A stretch of 63,997 nt of DNA, the filler included, from Lenisia limosa (taxonomy: Eukaryota; Protista; Breviatea): NCBI GenBank assembly GCA_001655205.1. It is 14 parts of 14 records of this genome, joined end to end, with 100 filler letters (N's around TTAATTAATTAA, not from the genome) between each part and the next. Parts side by side here need not be neighbours in the genome. Positions count along the whole stretch, not along the records: positions 9,963 to 14,341 come from LPNZ01009627.1; positions 14,442 to 16,154 come from LPNZ01003922.1; positions 16,255 to 29,662 come from LPNZ01004391.1; 11 more parts are not named here. One strand, written 5' to 3'. Below the pieces are notes generated by a model that saw only the letters and a list, made by a program, of their open reading frames with translations, did not search any database and was not told the DNA's origin. The position numbers and the translations under genes were made by a program. Positions 11,968 through 23,766 of this stretch are shown one piece after another (within the stretch, counting starts at the first letter, position 1; each line of letters opens with the position of its first letter).

Positions 11968-13692
11968 CTAAATGACTCCAGCAGAAAAGGCCCTTTTATA
12001 GACCACCCGCAAACGGGGAGGCAGCAAGGCCCTATTTATAACGACGCCTGCGTGATAAGGCGCGGCCGTAGCGCAATGTGCCGACGGAACCGATAATATG
12101 GTCTGAGAGACGGGGGCTGAAATGCTGGATTGTGGCGCTGGGAGAGAGAAATCATCGTCATCTTCCTGGGGGGGGGGGTAAAATGAAGACAGTCGTTGTC
12201 TTACATTCCAGTCTTTATGGAGGGTTTTCATGTGCTTTTTGAGGGAGGCTTTGGTCTGATACGACCTGGGGGAGGGGGGTAAAATTGCAAAACTATGAAA
12301 CAAAAACAAAAAAACCCAAATCAACTCTGTTGGCTAGCAACACACGAGGGTAGATAACAACAAAACAAGAAGGGGCAACATGGGGGTGTTGGTGGTAGTA
12401 GNNNNNNNNNNNNNNNNNNNNNNNNNNNNNNNNNNNNNNNNNNNNNNNNNNNNNNNNNNNNNNNNNNNNNNNNNNNNNNNNNNNNNNNNNNNNNNNNNNN
12501 NNNNNNNNNNNNNNNNNNNNNGATCGACATACTCCCCAACCAAACGCCTGTGAAATTCTTTGGGTAACCTGGGGCCCCCATACCTGTGTAAAAGCCGCAC
12601 TACATCCCTCTATTCGACATTTGAAAGGTCTTTGCCTTGTATGTGTACGAAGGTGGATCTAAAACAGTAAGCTTGTTTATGATGATGATGACGGTGGGGT
12701 CCCCCCCCCCCTTATACCTAAGGCTCATTTTGGTTCGAAAAAAAAAAGAATGAATTTCTCGATAAATCCCGATATTTTACCAGTCTTTTTCGAACCAACG
12801 TGAAGACCTACTTATAACCCCTCACCCCTCATACCTTAAACATCCCGCAACGGGACATTTGAACGTTTTTGCCGGTTTGTGCCTCTTCTCGTGGGTATTG
12901 CGGTTCCCAACCTGGGGGGGGGGGGGGNNNNNNNNNNNNNNNNNNNNNNNNNNNNNCATGTGCATCTAAAATCGTAAACTTTTTGGCCTTATTTTTTTAG
13001 TTTTAATACCATGAACTTTTTCTAACATGAATCCAATATAATAAACTATTTAGCGAAGTGGGATAATATATTACGGCTTCACTACGGCCCGAAAAAGCCC
13101 ATTAGAGTATCGATATTTTTCGAGGATTTATCGAGAAATTCAGTCTTTTTTGACACGCAGGGAAGCCCAGATATACTAAAGCGAAAACTCCATTCAGCCC
13201 CTTTAATTAACATTTTGTAAGTATTTTGGCAAAAAAAAAATTAATTGCGCAGAGTCAAAGTACAAACACAAGATAGCCAACCTTCAAGGGGTACATGGTT
13301 TTGGACACATACGTGCACCCCGAAAACGGGCACTTGAACAGGGTTTTTGGCGAACGCTGTAACGGGTTAACTCTGCAAAATATCAAGTCAGAACTACCAC
13401 CACCATCATCATCATCACCATTATCATCATTATTAGTGTGATCGTCGGAATATCTGCCGCTGTGTTTCACCAGCAACATTATTTTCATCATTAGCATCAT
13501 AATCATCATCAACATCATAATCATCAACAACATAATCATCACCACCACCACTACCACCAACACCATCATCACCACCAACAAACACCAACCCACATCAACG
13601 ACACGATAAGTTGGAGCGGAGTTGGTGTGTGATCGTCGGAGTATTTGCCGTTGTGTTTCAGCCTTGATGAATTGAACTAATTTGTCGTCACT
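11968..13692 (-). CDS. C2H2 zinc-finger protein (three C-x4-C-x12-H-x3/4-H fingers); two middle exons are in swapped genomic order
   Basis: Exon A (13372-13282) ends KCPFSGCTYVSKTMYPLK. Exon B (12658-12584) is IHLRTHTRQRPFKCRIEGCSAAFTQ. Exon C (12911-12835) is VGNRNTHEKRHKPAKTFKCPVAGCL(R). Exon D starts at 12265 with (R)SYQTKASLKKHMKTLH. An upstream exon starts at 13692 (SDDKLVQFIKAETQRQILRRSH). The 3' end is uncertain. Confidence 0.9.
12267..12370 (-). repeat. Intron-resident repeat family B (representative copy)
   Basis: Sense consensus ...TTGTTGTTATCAACCCTCGTGTGTTG..AGCCAACAGAGTTGATTTTGGGCTTTTTTGTTTCATAAATTTT...CCCCCAG. Other copies near 9095, 13695, 31067, 31425, 32067, 34101, 46437, 50613, 54365, 62787 and 62987. 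Confidence 0.85.
12721..12808. mobile_element. MITE family A copy lying between zinc-finger exons C and B
   Basis: ta-aggctcattttggttcg...cgaaccaacgtgaagacc-ta; degenerate TIR with TA flanks. Confidence 0.8.
13074..13168. mobile_element. MITE family A copy
   Basis: cggcttcactacggcccg...gacacgcagggaagccc with the family core. Confidence 0.8.
13410..13590. repeat. Degenerate (ATC/ACC)n trinucleotide microsatellite in an intron; similar tracts at ~9680-9780, ~10015-10080 and ~63445-63550
   Basis: Runs of catcatcat/caccaccac. These explain the spurious Met/Ile/Val-rich ORFs in the track. Confidence 0.85.
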
Positions 13693-14064
13693 CTAGGGGG
13701 GGGGGGTAAATAGGAAAATTTATGAAACAAAAAGGCCCCAAATCAACTCTGTTGGNNNNNNNNNNNNNNNNNNNNNNNNNNNNNNNNNNNNNNNNNNNNN
13801 NNNNNNNNNNNNNNNNNNNNNNNNNNNNNNNNNNNNNNNNNNNNCGTACGTAAATAAGGGAGAGGGGAGAGAGGTAGGGAGGGTAAAATGAAGGACATTT
13901 CTATGAAGAATATTAATCACGAAGCGAAAAACCTGAACAAAAGAACAAAACAATAAGAGGCAATAACACACATGATCACTCAACGTTAAAGTAAAAAGAA
14001 GGATACTTTAGGGGAGGAGTGTTCGTTAGTGATAAAACGAAGGAACAATATACATGGCGTGGGA

Positions 14065-14120
14065 GGAAACTTCGAAATATGTGGAAACTTCGAAATATGT
14101 GGAAACTTCGAAATATGTGG
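14065..14120 (+). repeat. Perfect 18-bp tandem repeat, three copies
   Basis: (GGAAACTTCGAAATATGT)3GG. Confidence 0.95.
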
Positions 14121-14511
14121 GGAGTCTGGGTTGAGGAAATTTGGATAAACAGACAGACGAGTGCCCCCCAATTATCATATCATTTGGTATACAGTGACAG
14201 CGATAAGTTCTGACACGTTTGACTCAAGATACAGCCAGGACGTATCTCGGTCAGTGTATGATATACTATCATATTATGATGATATATACTATCATATATT
14301 ATCAACATTATTTTCCCAGGTACAATGTTTACACCCCGCCCNNNNNNNNNNNNNNNNNNNNNNNNNNNNNNNNNNNNNNNNNNNNTTAATTAATTAANNN
14401 NNNNNNNNNNNNNNNNNNNNNNNNNNNNNNNNNNNNNNNNNACACTGTATATCGAAATAAAAACCTTATCACTCATGAGGAAATGAATGCGTATTTGGTG
14501 TGTCCGAATAC

Positions 14512-16076
14512 CTCGATGATGGTAATGTCGGAGAGGGCATTGAGGGAAGTCGTGCGGACGGTCACAAGCTGAATGATGTTATCAAAAAAATGAGTATGAT
14601 GCTGTGGAGGATCATATGATATCTCATTTCTAAGCACTCAGGAATGTCTGTGGGCCCAAAGCCGCCAAAAACTTGAATAAAGAAAAGATATCCATATGTA
14701 AGACACAGCCCCCTCCCCCCACAGTAGGGACAGAAGGGCCCTTGTTGATCAAGGCGAACGTGAGGGTGAGGCGGGTGGTGGGTCCGACCACAGACGTGGG
14801 TGAGAGGGCAGAAAGCTGAACAGGTCAGAGACTCTAAATCTGTATATAGAGATAAATTGAGAAACAGGTCCAGAAAATCGGATGAAATACACCCCAAGAA
14901 TTCCCCGCATACACTCAAGGCCATAGAGGCAGAGGCGGTCGACGTGCCAGGCAGAGTGTAGGTGTTGTCCGAGGAGTCGGTCTCAGTAGCGGTTGTGACC
15001 GTGGCAACAAGGGGCATGGAAGTGCCGCTAGGAATCTGCGGTGTCAAAATGCGTTTCATGGGTATTGGGGATTGATATATCTCAGATGGAATATCTTGTT
15101 GGGAAGAATTGAAGAAGAGTAAAGCAAGACAAGTTCACAAAATATGACCCCCCCCCCCCCTACGNNNNNNNNNNNNNNNNNNNNNNNNNNNNNNNNNNNN
15201 NNNNNNNNNNNNNNNNNNNNNNNNNNNNNNNNNNNNNNNNNNNNNNNNNNNNNNNNNNNNNNNNNNNNNNNNNNNNNNNNNNNNNNNNNNNNNNNNNNNN
15301 NNNNNNNNNNNNNNNNNNNNNNNNNNNNNNNNNNNNNNNNNNNNNNNNNNNNNNNNNNNNNNNNNNNNNNNNNNNNNNNNNNNNNNNNNNNNNNNNNNNT
15401 AAACAATATTGATCAACATTCCAACAATACAACAAACACCCATACGATGTTACAGACGATATCTCCAGGGCCAGTAGGCATGGTGCAGCCTGCAGAGGGG
15501 TCAATGGAGAGCAGTGTCGGGGATGGAGGGGGGGTAATGGTCAAGACGCTCGAGGCGGCAGAGGAGGGGCCTTGGTTGGTGATCTGGAGGGTGAAAAGAA
15601 AGCAACGAGAGTGAATCGATTAATTGCTATATTTATTATTATAAGATTAAAAAGCCCACTAAGATGAGTCAACATACCTTAACTTGGTAGGAGTTAAGTG
15701 CACCAGCAACATAGGGGGAATCTGGGTTGGCAGTGGCAGTCACCTGAAGGAATTACTCGGACAGTTCAGTTCAAAAGATTTAAAAATATTCTCCAGTCAA
15801 CCTACCTTCATGTTGGCGTCGGTGATGACACGACCGGTTGAACTGACAGTGTCGTCAAACGAGTCCAAATCAGCCCCGTTCAGAACCATGCTTGCCTAAT
15901 TTGGTAAGTTGTTTGAAGATTTGTGTGTGACAGGATAGCAATATAATAGTTAGTAGCACGGATTTTCAGTTAAACGAATGACAGCGTACAGAGAAAGAGC
16001 TGGCAGGGGCGCTTTGAGCAACCTCCATTACAAGAGTGGCAATGGTGTAGGTGTTTCCAACCGGGACACTGGGGAA
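14512..16076 (-). CDS. DUF11 (conserved repeat domain, Ig-like) repeat protein fragment, multi-exon
   Basis: Phase-0 exons join to ...ITDANMK|VTATANPDSPYVAGALNSYQVK|ITNQGPSSAASSVLTITPPPSPTLLSIDPSAGCTMPTGPGDIVCNI... and a second unit SASMALS|LSALSPTSVVGPTTRLTLTFALINKGPS. This matches the DUF11 pattern (YTITVTNxGPS...C...ITCxIG). Confidence 0.75.
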
Positions 16077-16310
16077 CTAAAATATCAGCAACAGCGGGAG
16101 AGTGACTGGTGAAGATATGCACCATTGAAACTTCCTCCGTACCCCCCCCCCCCCNNNNNNNNNNNNNNNNNNNNNNNNNNNNNNNNNNNNNNNNNNNNTT
16201 AATTAATTAANNNNNNNNNNNNNNNNNNNNNNNNNNNNNNNNNNNNNNNNNNNNCTGGGGGGGGGGGTATACCATCGTGTATTAAACAAGGAATGTTCTT
16301 AGCCATTCAG

Positions 16311-16950
16311 GTTCCGGCCACGATCTTTAGATGACGTCGCCGAGGCTGCGTTTCGGGATGTTAGAGACCGCTCGCAAGAAGTAAGTGGCTTGGTTGGGTT
16401 AAGGGAATGCATATCATCCTCTTGTACTTCTCTAATATAATACGATAGTAAACTAATTGCACTATTAGCTTTTCACCCCCCACTTTTTTAGGACTCAACA
16501 GAGTTCGAGTGGGACTCTGTAAATAATCACCCTTCATGGAGCTCAGAAACACCACAGGTTAGAATCTCGATGTTATGAGTTTAGAACATCTGTATTGCAA
16601 GATTCTTTAACAATTAATTTTATTTTACTTGTTATGCGATGCTGAATTTTTTGGTCATTGACTCGTGTTTGCGTCATCATCAAAACAGTGGCGAGCTTCT
16701 ATCCACTTTACGGCGCTGTGGATGCGACACTGGCTACAGGCTCTTGGATTTGACCCGTCATCGCCAGCTGCCGTGCGATTCCTCCGAGACGTGCACGGAG
16801 TCAGGGTTTCTTGGTGAGCCTTGTTCTTTCATACTTTCAGAGCTTTACTATTCTCAATCGTATACAGTTAGTGGTCACCCATGTTGCTGACTTGGCAGGA
16901 CCCTCGGTGCTGCTATTTGGGAGGCTTCCTCCATATCCATTACTGGCGCG
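16311..16950 (+). CDS. 3' exons of a hypothetical protein
   Basis: GT-AG bounded, stop-free exons FRPRSLDDVAEAAFRDVRDRSQE|DSTEFEWDSVNNHPSWSSETPQ|WRASIHFTALWMRHWLQALGFDP... No family recognised. Confidence 0.45.
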
Positions 16951-17069
16951 GACTGGTAGCCTTTATTTAACATCTGATTTTATTACAATAGACGATTGGT
17001 CTGATTTTCCACAATAACAACCTATATTACAATACATACACTCTTCCAATCTAACTGTAACCAGAAATT

Positions 17070-18571
17070 TTACTTAGAGAGCTCAATGGAGCGGTCACGG
17101 GCAGCCTTGATGACGTCATGCATCATGGTCTCACAGGTCAGGTCCTTCTCCATTTGTGAGAGGCCTAGGGTTGGAGTAAGCAAGAGGGTTCCGTTTTATC
17201 GCATCATACCGGCAAGAGTGGTACCTCCGGGAGAGCAGACGTCCTTACGAAGCTGAGCGGGGCTCTACAGTAGTCAGTGACACATATAACAAGGTTACGA
17301 TATACCTTAGGTGAGTCCATCATAAGTTGGGCAGCACCAAGAATGGTTTGTTTGACAGAGGTTGTAGCTTGCTCCTCACTGAGACCTTCGGCCATGGAAG
17401 CCTTGATCCAGCACTCAGCAAGGTAGAAGACGTAGGCAGGTCCAGAGCCGCTAGTGGCAGTAACTGCGACATGAGTGGAGGCTCTTTTGGCTCTTTGAAG
17501 GTATTGTTACTCAGAGCAGGATCCCCTCAGACCAACGTCCATGAATTTCTCTTCAACCTCAATAGTCTTGCCACAGCCAGAGAACATCTCTAGAAAATGA
17601 ACATTTCAAACCAAAATTCACAAAATTCTCTAAAAGCTGACTCTCAACAAAAGCGAAGTCCTCATCAGAGACGGTTTCAGACTTGCAAAGGGCAGTGAGT
17701 CCAAGCTGAACGGTGGCCTAAAATATTAGGACGATTGTGAAGATAAAAAAAGAAGTGAAAAAGAAGCGGAAGGAAAGCAACCTTAACCGCCCACAGGGGT
17801 GTTGGGCATAACGCGAATAGCTTTAGTGTTGGGGCCAAAGATGGAAAGAAGGAAAGATACAGGTTTGCCAGCCATGATTGAGACCATAATCTTGTTGTCG
17901 TTCCAGAATTCCTAAAAAAATGAGAGTGATCCTTTCATCATAAAAGAGATGAAATGTTCGTCTGAGGATATTACATGTATATACCTAATAGCAGCAAAAG
18001 TTGAATAAATACTGAGTAATAGAAGACGACACATCCAAGTTGGCCCCAAAACAAGGCATTTTGGATAAAAAGGCTTTTTACCAACCTTCAGGGCAACACC
18101 AGCCTCTTGAGCATGTTGGGGCTTGGTGGCAAACACAAGAACATCGCACTTCTGGCTTGGGTTAAAAAACGACTTAAATTTCTACGAAATACGAGGAATG
18201 TCAGTGCATCTTCTTTCTGATGTATAATTATCCCCCAAACAGAGAAAAGCTCCTCGTTATTGGCAACAGGCTGAAAGGTAAAAACAATAAAATAATCCGA
18301 ATAGCTCGACAGCACCCACCTTAACACCAAGTTCATGGGAGAGGAACTCAAGGCGCTCAGCAACAATGTCGGAAATGAAGACAGATTCAGGGGAAATTCC
18401 GGCAGCAAGCATACCGCTGTCAAAGTGAAATTGAAGTTATTTTAACACATCTTTATCATATCAACAAGTTAATAGTTCGCATCTCAAGATAAGAAGCGGC
18501 GCAATAACTTACCGAATGATAGCCTCAGCCATCTTTCCAGCTCCAAGGAATCCAACACGCTTCTCAACCAT
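17070..18571 (-). CDS. PYCR: Pyrroline-5-carboxylate reductase (complete, multi-exon)
   Basis: MVEKRVGFLGAGKMAEAIIR (GxGxMA Rossmann motif), DVLVFATKPQ, VSIMAG, IRVMPNTP, TATSGSGPAYVF, LRKDVCSPGGTTLAG, IKAARDRSIELSK*. Exons are colinear and phase-consistent. Confidence 0.97.
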
Positions 18572-19139
18572 TTTTACTGTATTATTAACAAGTGAAAGTA
18601 GTGAAAAAAGCAGAAAAAAAAATGCTATTTATATTTACTGGTCCAAGTCCAAATCCCTCATCTGGCGCCCGGCAACGAGACAACAGTGATCCCAGTCAAG
18701 TAGTGATCAAGTGACATTCATCTATCCATCAAGTTTTCAAGTTTTCACACGATTACACTGTTTGCTATATTGCTATACGTACCCAAGTGCACTGTGCCAC
18801 AGTATTATAACTGAGATTACATTAGAGTACGAACAAAATTATATCAGAGCACGAACTTTATTACATCATATCAGTAAGAAATAGGTTTATCTGGCCGAAG
18901 CCGTCTACACCATTATAAGAGAGATTGAATTACGTAATAGTGGCAAACATACGCAGAACATTAGCTCGTACTATGATGTAAAATAAGTTCGTACTCTGAT
19001 GTTAGAGGCGATGTGGCTTGTAATTGGTCCACAACCCGTCTGCAAACTAATAAACTACTTGACTGCTTCTTGGAAACCAATTGGAAACACAATACAGATA
19101 TTAATAAGAAATGTCAAGAAAACAAAGAAAATGAAGTTA

Positions 19140-22100
19140 GACCTCCTCCACAGTTTCATCAATATCCTCAGTAACCTCAGTAGGGGTAACGGTCTGGGAT
19201 GCCGGAGACGGAGACACCACCCTGCGGGGGTAGGGGGGTGAAATGTATGGACAAAAGAGTCAATAACATTTAACAATCAAGACAAGGATAAGTACTTTCA
19301 ACCGTCTCAAATGGTATAATTATTCCATTTATTAACCCCCTCCCTATCCCCCATCCCAGACCAGGTTTGAAACAACAACAAAACAAACAAAACCCAGGTC
19401 ACACCAGCACCGCATCCCATCACTCCACGTAACAATGAAAAGGACATTATACCATACTGTGTTGAACATAAAAACAACAATCCAACTTATTCGTAAATGT
19501 GGCTATCTATATATGTACTGATACATTACCCTCATACGACTCCGGTCGATGCTCCTTCCTCTTCTTTTGAGGTGATTTGGCTTTTTGGGCCCGTGCCTTT
19601 AGTTCGTCAATGTGGGAAAGGGAATATATCAAATAACATAGTATCTGAAAAGCTTTCAGATGTATTACTATTCCAGCTTCACTTCACTCCAAAAAAAACT
19701 GAATTTCTCAAAACCGATAAAAATCGAAATTTTACAGGTCCTTTTCGGACCCAAGTGAATCCTTAAATACTGAAGCCCTCAACTCACTAGCCTGTCTTCC
19801 CTGTCTAATACATGAGGGTCGCTGGTCAAAAGGGCCTGTAGCCGCAGAGTTTCAGTTTTTAACACCTGTTGGGTGAGGTTTAATAAAACAGAGGATATGT
19901 GAATACCTCAAGATGCTCTGGAGTGGGGGTTTTGCTGTCATTCAGAATAGCAGCGAAGTCTCCAAGACTCTTCTCAAGTACCTGTGGGGTGAACATCATG
20001 TAGTAATTGCTTCATTTAGGTTAAGAAAAAAAAGACTTGAATTATAACTTCAATAGGAAAGCGGAAATTTCAGTACACAATAATTTGGGAAGAAATTAGG
20101 TTAAAGAAGTTGATCACGACGTTTTTCGTAATTCAAACTCAAAACCCTCACTTGTCGGCCCTTTTCTTGGTCCTTCAGTTGACGCTATATGAAATGAGGA
20201 AAATGACATCTACTTTATGATTATTTAAATATGCTACCATATCACTGCAATACATAAAGTAATGTGAGTTTTATTTCTTCAGAGACAGATACATGATACT
20301 ATTGCTATTTATACAGTGTCTCATACGAATCCATTTCTTGAAAAGATGTGATATTGACGNNNNNNNNNNNNNNNNNNNNNNNNNNNNNNNNNNNNTCTGA
20401 TCTTTTCCCGATTTTCACGGGGATCCTAGTGTGTAAAATGATAGTATCCCTTTCATACTCTCAACATACCCATTCAAATACAATTAAAAATAACTCCTTC
20501 TCACAATGGTTTGGCCAGTCAATCTTTCAATCTGGACGTCTTTCAAACTGTTGCCGTTCTTGAGAGTCCTGATATCTTCCACCTATACCAATGAGGACAT
20601 CGGTATCATGGATGTGTTTTATCAGAAGCCATGAGAGCAATACAAATTATAATTGAAACGAACCTGCTTGGCAATTTCCTCTTCCGCAAGAGCCAGCTTG
20701 TTGAGGGTGTCTTGGAGAGCCGTCTCAGATTCGTATCTGATAGTCAGCAGATATTCACTTCGGTTAAAAAATATTAACCGAATATTGATTAACCCCAAAA
20801 TATCAGATAGAAATCCCAACTTACTGCTCCAGGCGCTTCTCCATTTCAATATTGACTTTTCTATAGGTGTTTCGCTGGTTCTCCAAGCTTGCCTAAACAT
20901 GTAATTTTTGTGTTACAGTCATTTTGTGTTGTAAACGGTACCGACTTTCTAGAAAGATTTCCTGCAAGAGCATTCAATTCTAATCAATTTGAATAGAAAA
21001 AGAATCCATAATTCCATCCACGCACCATGACTTTTTCTCGTCTTTCAACCTCCTTTTTGAGTCGTTCAACTTCAGCAGAGTTTGCTGTCAGCGTTAGTAG
21101 AAGGAGATGCTTTGGACAAGTTTAGAATGCCTGGTTAATCATCAAGTATTTTTCCATTTCAAAAGAACTAGTTGCGTACCTTCGGTCTTCGGGGGCTCTT
21201 TCTTGACAGTTTTTTCGGCGTCTACCCTGCGCCTTACAGCACGAGATAATTGCGTTGTCAAGGCCTACCCTGTGAGTTTTCAAGATATGTTTAGGAAGCA
21301 ACTATCTTAAAGAAAGAAAGGAACAGGAAAAGGAAAAGGAAAGATCACCCATAATAAGCAAGAAAAAGTACCCCAACGCTCACATTCACTTTGCCTCTCA
21401 ACTCATCATTGGTTTTGCGAATGGCTTCCATTTCCCTCTCTTTGTCTTGAAGGGTTGCCTTGTAGTTTCGGTACTCACGTTCTATCAAAGTCAGCAACAT
21501 GTTATTACATTAATCTGTTAAGCTGAGTTAAATGTAAATAATTACAATGAAGCTATAAAACACAAATAAACAGAGTTACAGCAGTAATGGCAAACAGTTT
21601 TTTCCAACTATTTGCAAAATATGTCATTTACAGTGTCTGTTGCACCAAATTCTTATTTCTGCCATTATATGTATTATAATATACTATCATACACTATTAC
21701 AATCCAAAAATTACTTTTGCGATAATAAGACCTAAATATATATTTAACGGGAAGTTAAAATATATTTTTTTCATTACTTACATTGTATCATATAATATGT
21801 ATATAGATCATATCATATGTAGTACTATATATATCATATAATATCATATATATATATACTAATAGTAATTTTATACCATATCTATATATGGACAAGTCAT
21901 ATGAGGATTCCAGTGATCGAATAAGTGTAGCGGTGTGCATACCCATCATGTTCTCGGAGCGCTTGCGGGTGGGGGAGGTTGAGTTACGAGATGCAGAGCG
22001 TGCAACGGGAGACGCTGTTTTCGGTGCACTCTGAGGAAGTTACTCCCCGTCTTTCCATAAGCAGAATGCCGTAGTACCATTAGAAAGGATATTGATGATG

Positions 22101-23536
22101 GGATTAGCATTCGTATTGAGCCTTGTAACACCACTGAAGATAGACAATCATGATGAATCTGAAACCCCATCAACCTTAGCAAGGGGAGTGGTACTTGCCT
22201 GTTTTGGTTTTGACTTTCCCTTTTCAGTGTAGGCAGGAGGGGTTCTGAGATGATTAGCCAATTCAACTAATGCAATCGTCATCAATATCACCCAGAACTC
22301 AAGCATACTGTCTTTTGGTTGTAACTGGTTTAGGCTTAGGTTTAATTTTCTTTGATTCCTCCTAAACAATAAACACATCAACAGAAAAACAAAACATAAA
22401 AATAGCCCCGGGTAAACCACTCACAGTAGGCTCCGATGGAGCAGCCTTCTCCAACGGGTCGGAGGGTTCGGAGACTGCCTGGGGGGCTGTGTCCACTCTC
22501 GGCGACTTTCCAGTTAAAATTATCATATGATATGCATAGTATGTCAAGCGAATGGTAAATGATTCAAAAAAACAGCAAATGATGTAATCTCTCTGACAAA
22601 ACTAAGCAGAGTGTACCGATTACGATACCGTTTGATTTGCTCCAAGCTCACCTGGACTTCTTCAACAGGGGATGCTAACGTGGGCTCCTCAACTGTCTGC
22701 AACAATTATCAAACCGGGAATATATAAAAATATACACTACAGGTGTGTATGATATGATATCCATCCCAATCACTAATGGCAGAGTCAGAGTGAAAAGAAG
22801 ACTCCTACCTCGGGAGTAATATCCTCAACGACCTCCATGACGTGGGCTTCGGGGACTTCTTCTGGCCGTTGGGGTTCTACATTGTGAAATAGATAATCTT
22901 CAAGACCTCGACATAGTATAGTATATAGCCTAGCTATATATGATATATAATTATATTTATATGTGTGTTTTGTCTCAGTGCCTTAAGCGCAACAAAAAAC
23001 AACGGAATAGTCCCAATTACATACCATGTGCAACTAAAAAACAAAAATAAAGAGGGTCCAACCTGCTTTGTCTACAGTGCTGGTATCCTCAGTCACTTCT
23101 TCAATTGGCTCATCTACCACCTCGTCTGTCTTGTCAACTGTCTCCTCTTCTACTTGGTAAGACTCTATTTAAATAATAAACAATTTAACGCAATTGAATC
23201 GCCACATGATGGTGCATACCAGGCCCAGAACCATTGGTCGAAGTTGCTGACGGAGCGGGCGCATTGGGGTCCTTCTCAACAATTTCTCCACTCTTACCGA
23301 CAGTATGACCAGACTTATGTTTCCTATAATGTCAAGAAGGAAGTGGAAGGGGGATGAGGGCCTGTGTGCGTGAGAAATTTCACATACTCAAGTTCTTTGG
23401 ACTCAAATTTTTGGACGGTTTTCTCGTCTTCTTCGTTAACAACCACAGCCGAGTCTTCGGTGTCTTCTATTTCTTGAGTAGGTTCACCGTGTTGCTCAGA
23501 CTGAGCATCTGGAACGGTCTGTTGCTCTAATGGCAT
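19140..23536 (-). CDS. Large hypothetical protein: acidic/Pro-rich N-terminal half, coiled-coil C-terminal half; many exons
   Basis: Chain of GT-AG exons including MPLEQQTVPDAQSEQHGEPTQEIED..., EREYRNYKATLQDKEREMEAIRKTNDELR, AEVERLKKEVERREKVM and YESETALQDTLNKLALAEEEIAKQ. Exact ends are uncertain. Confidence 0.65.
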
Positions 23537-23766
23537 AGCTGGCTGACTTTAAAATACTGTATTTTTTTTATTTATGCTTGCTGCGTTACAATTTTGGGAG
23601 CTCTGGGCTTTCTGCTGAGACACTCGAGGTTAGGTGGGAGAACTATTATCCACAATTTAGAGAGACCCCCGATTTGTTTGTTTCAGCGCCACAGAGCACA
23701 GATTCAATTGATTGAGAGTCTAACAACGTAATGAAAGACAGTAGCAGTGTCAGCATCAGGGAAGGC

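Noticed and set aside
11966-11970. MITE terminus supplying the zinc-finger stop codon (TA+G)
   Set aside because: Any TA-GGG end makes a TAG in one frame, and the exon may end earlier at a CGG|GTGGTC donor. It cannot be supported without transcripts.
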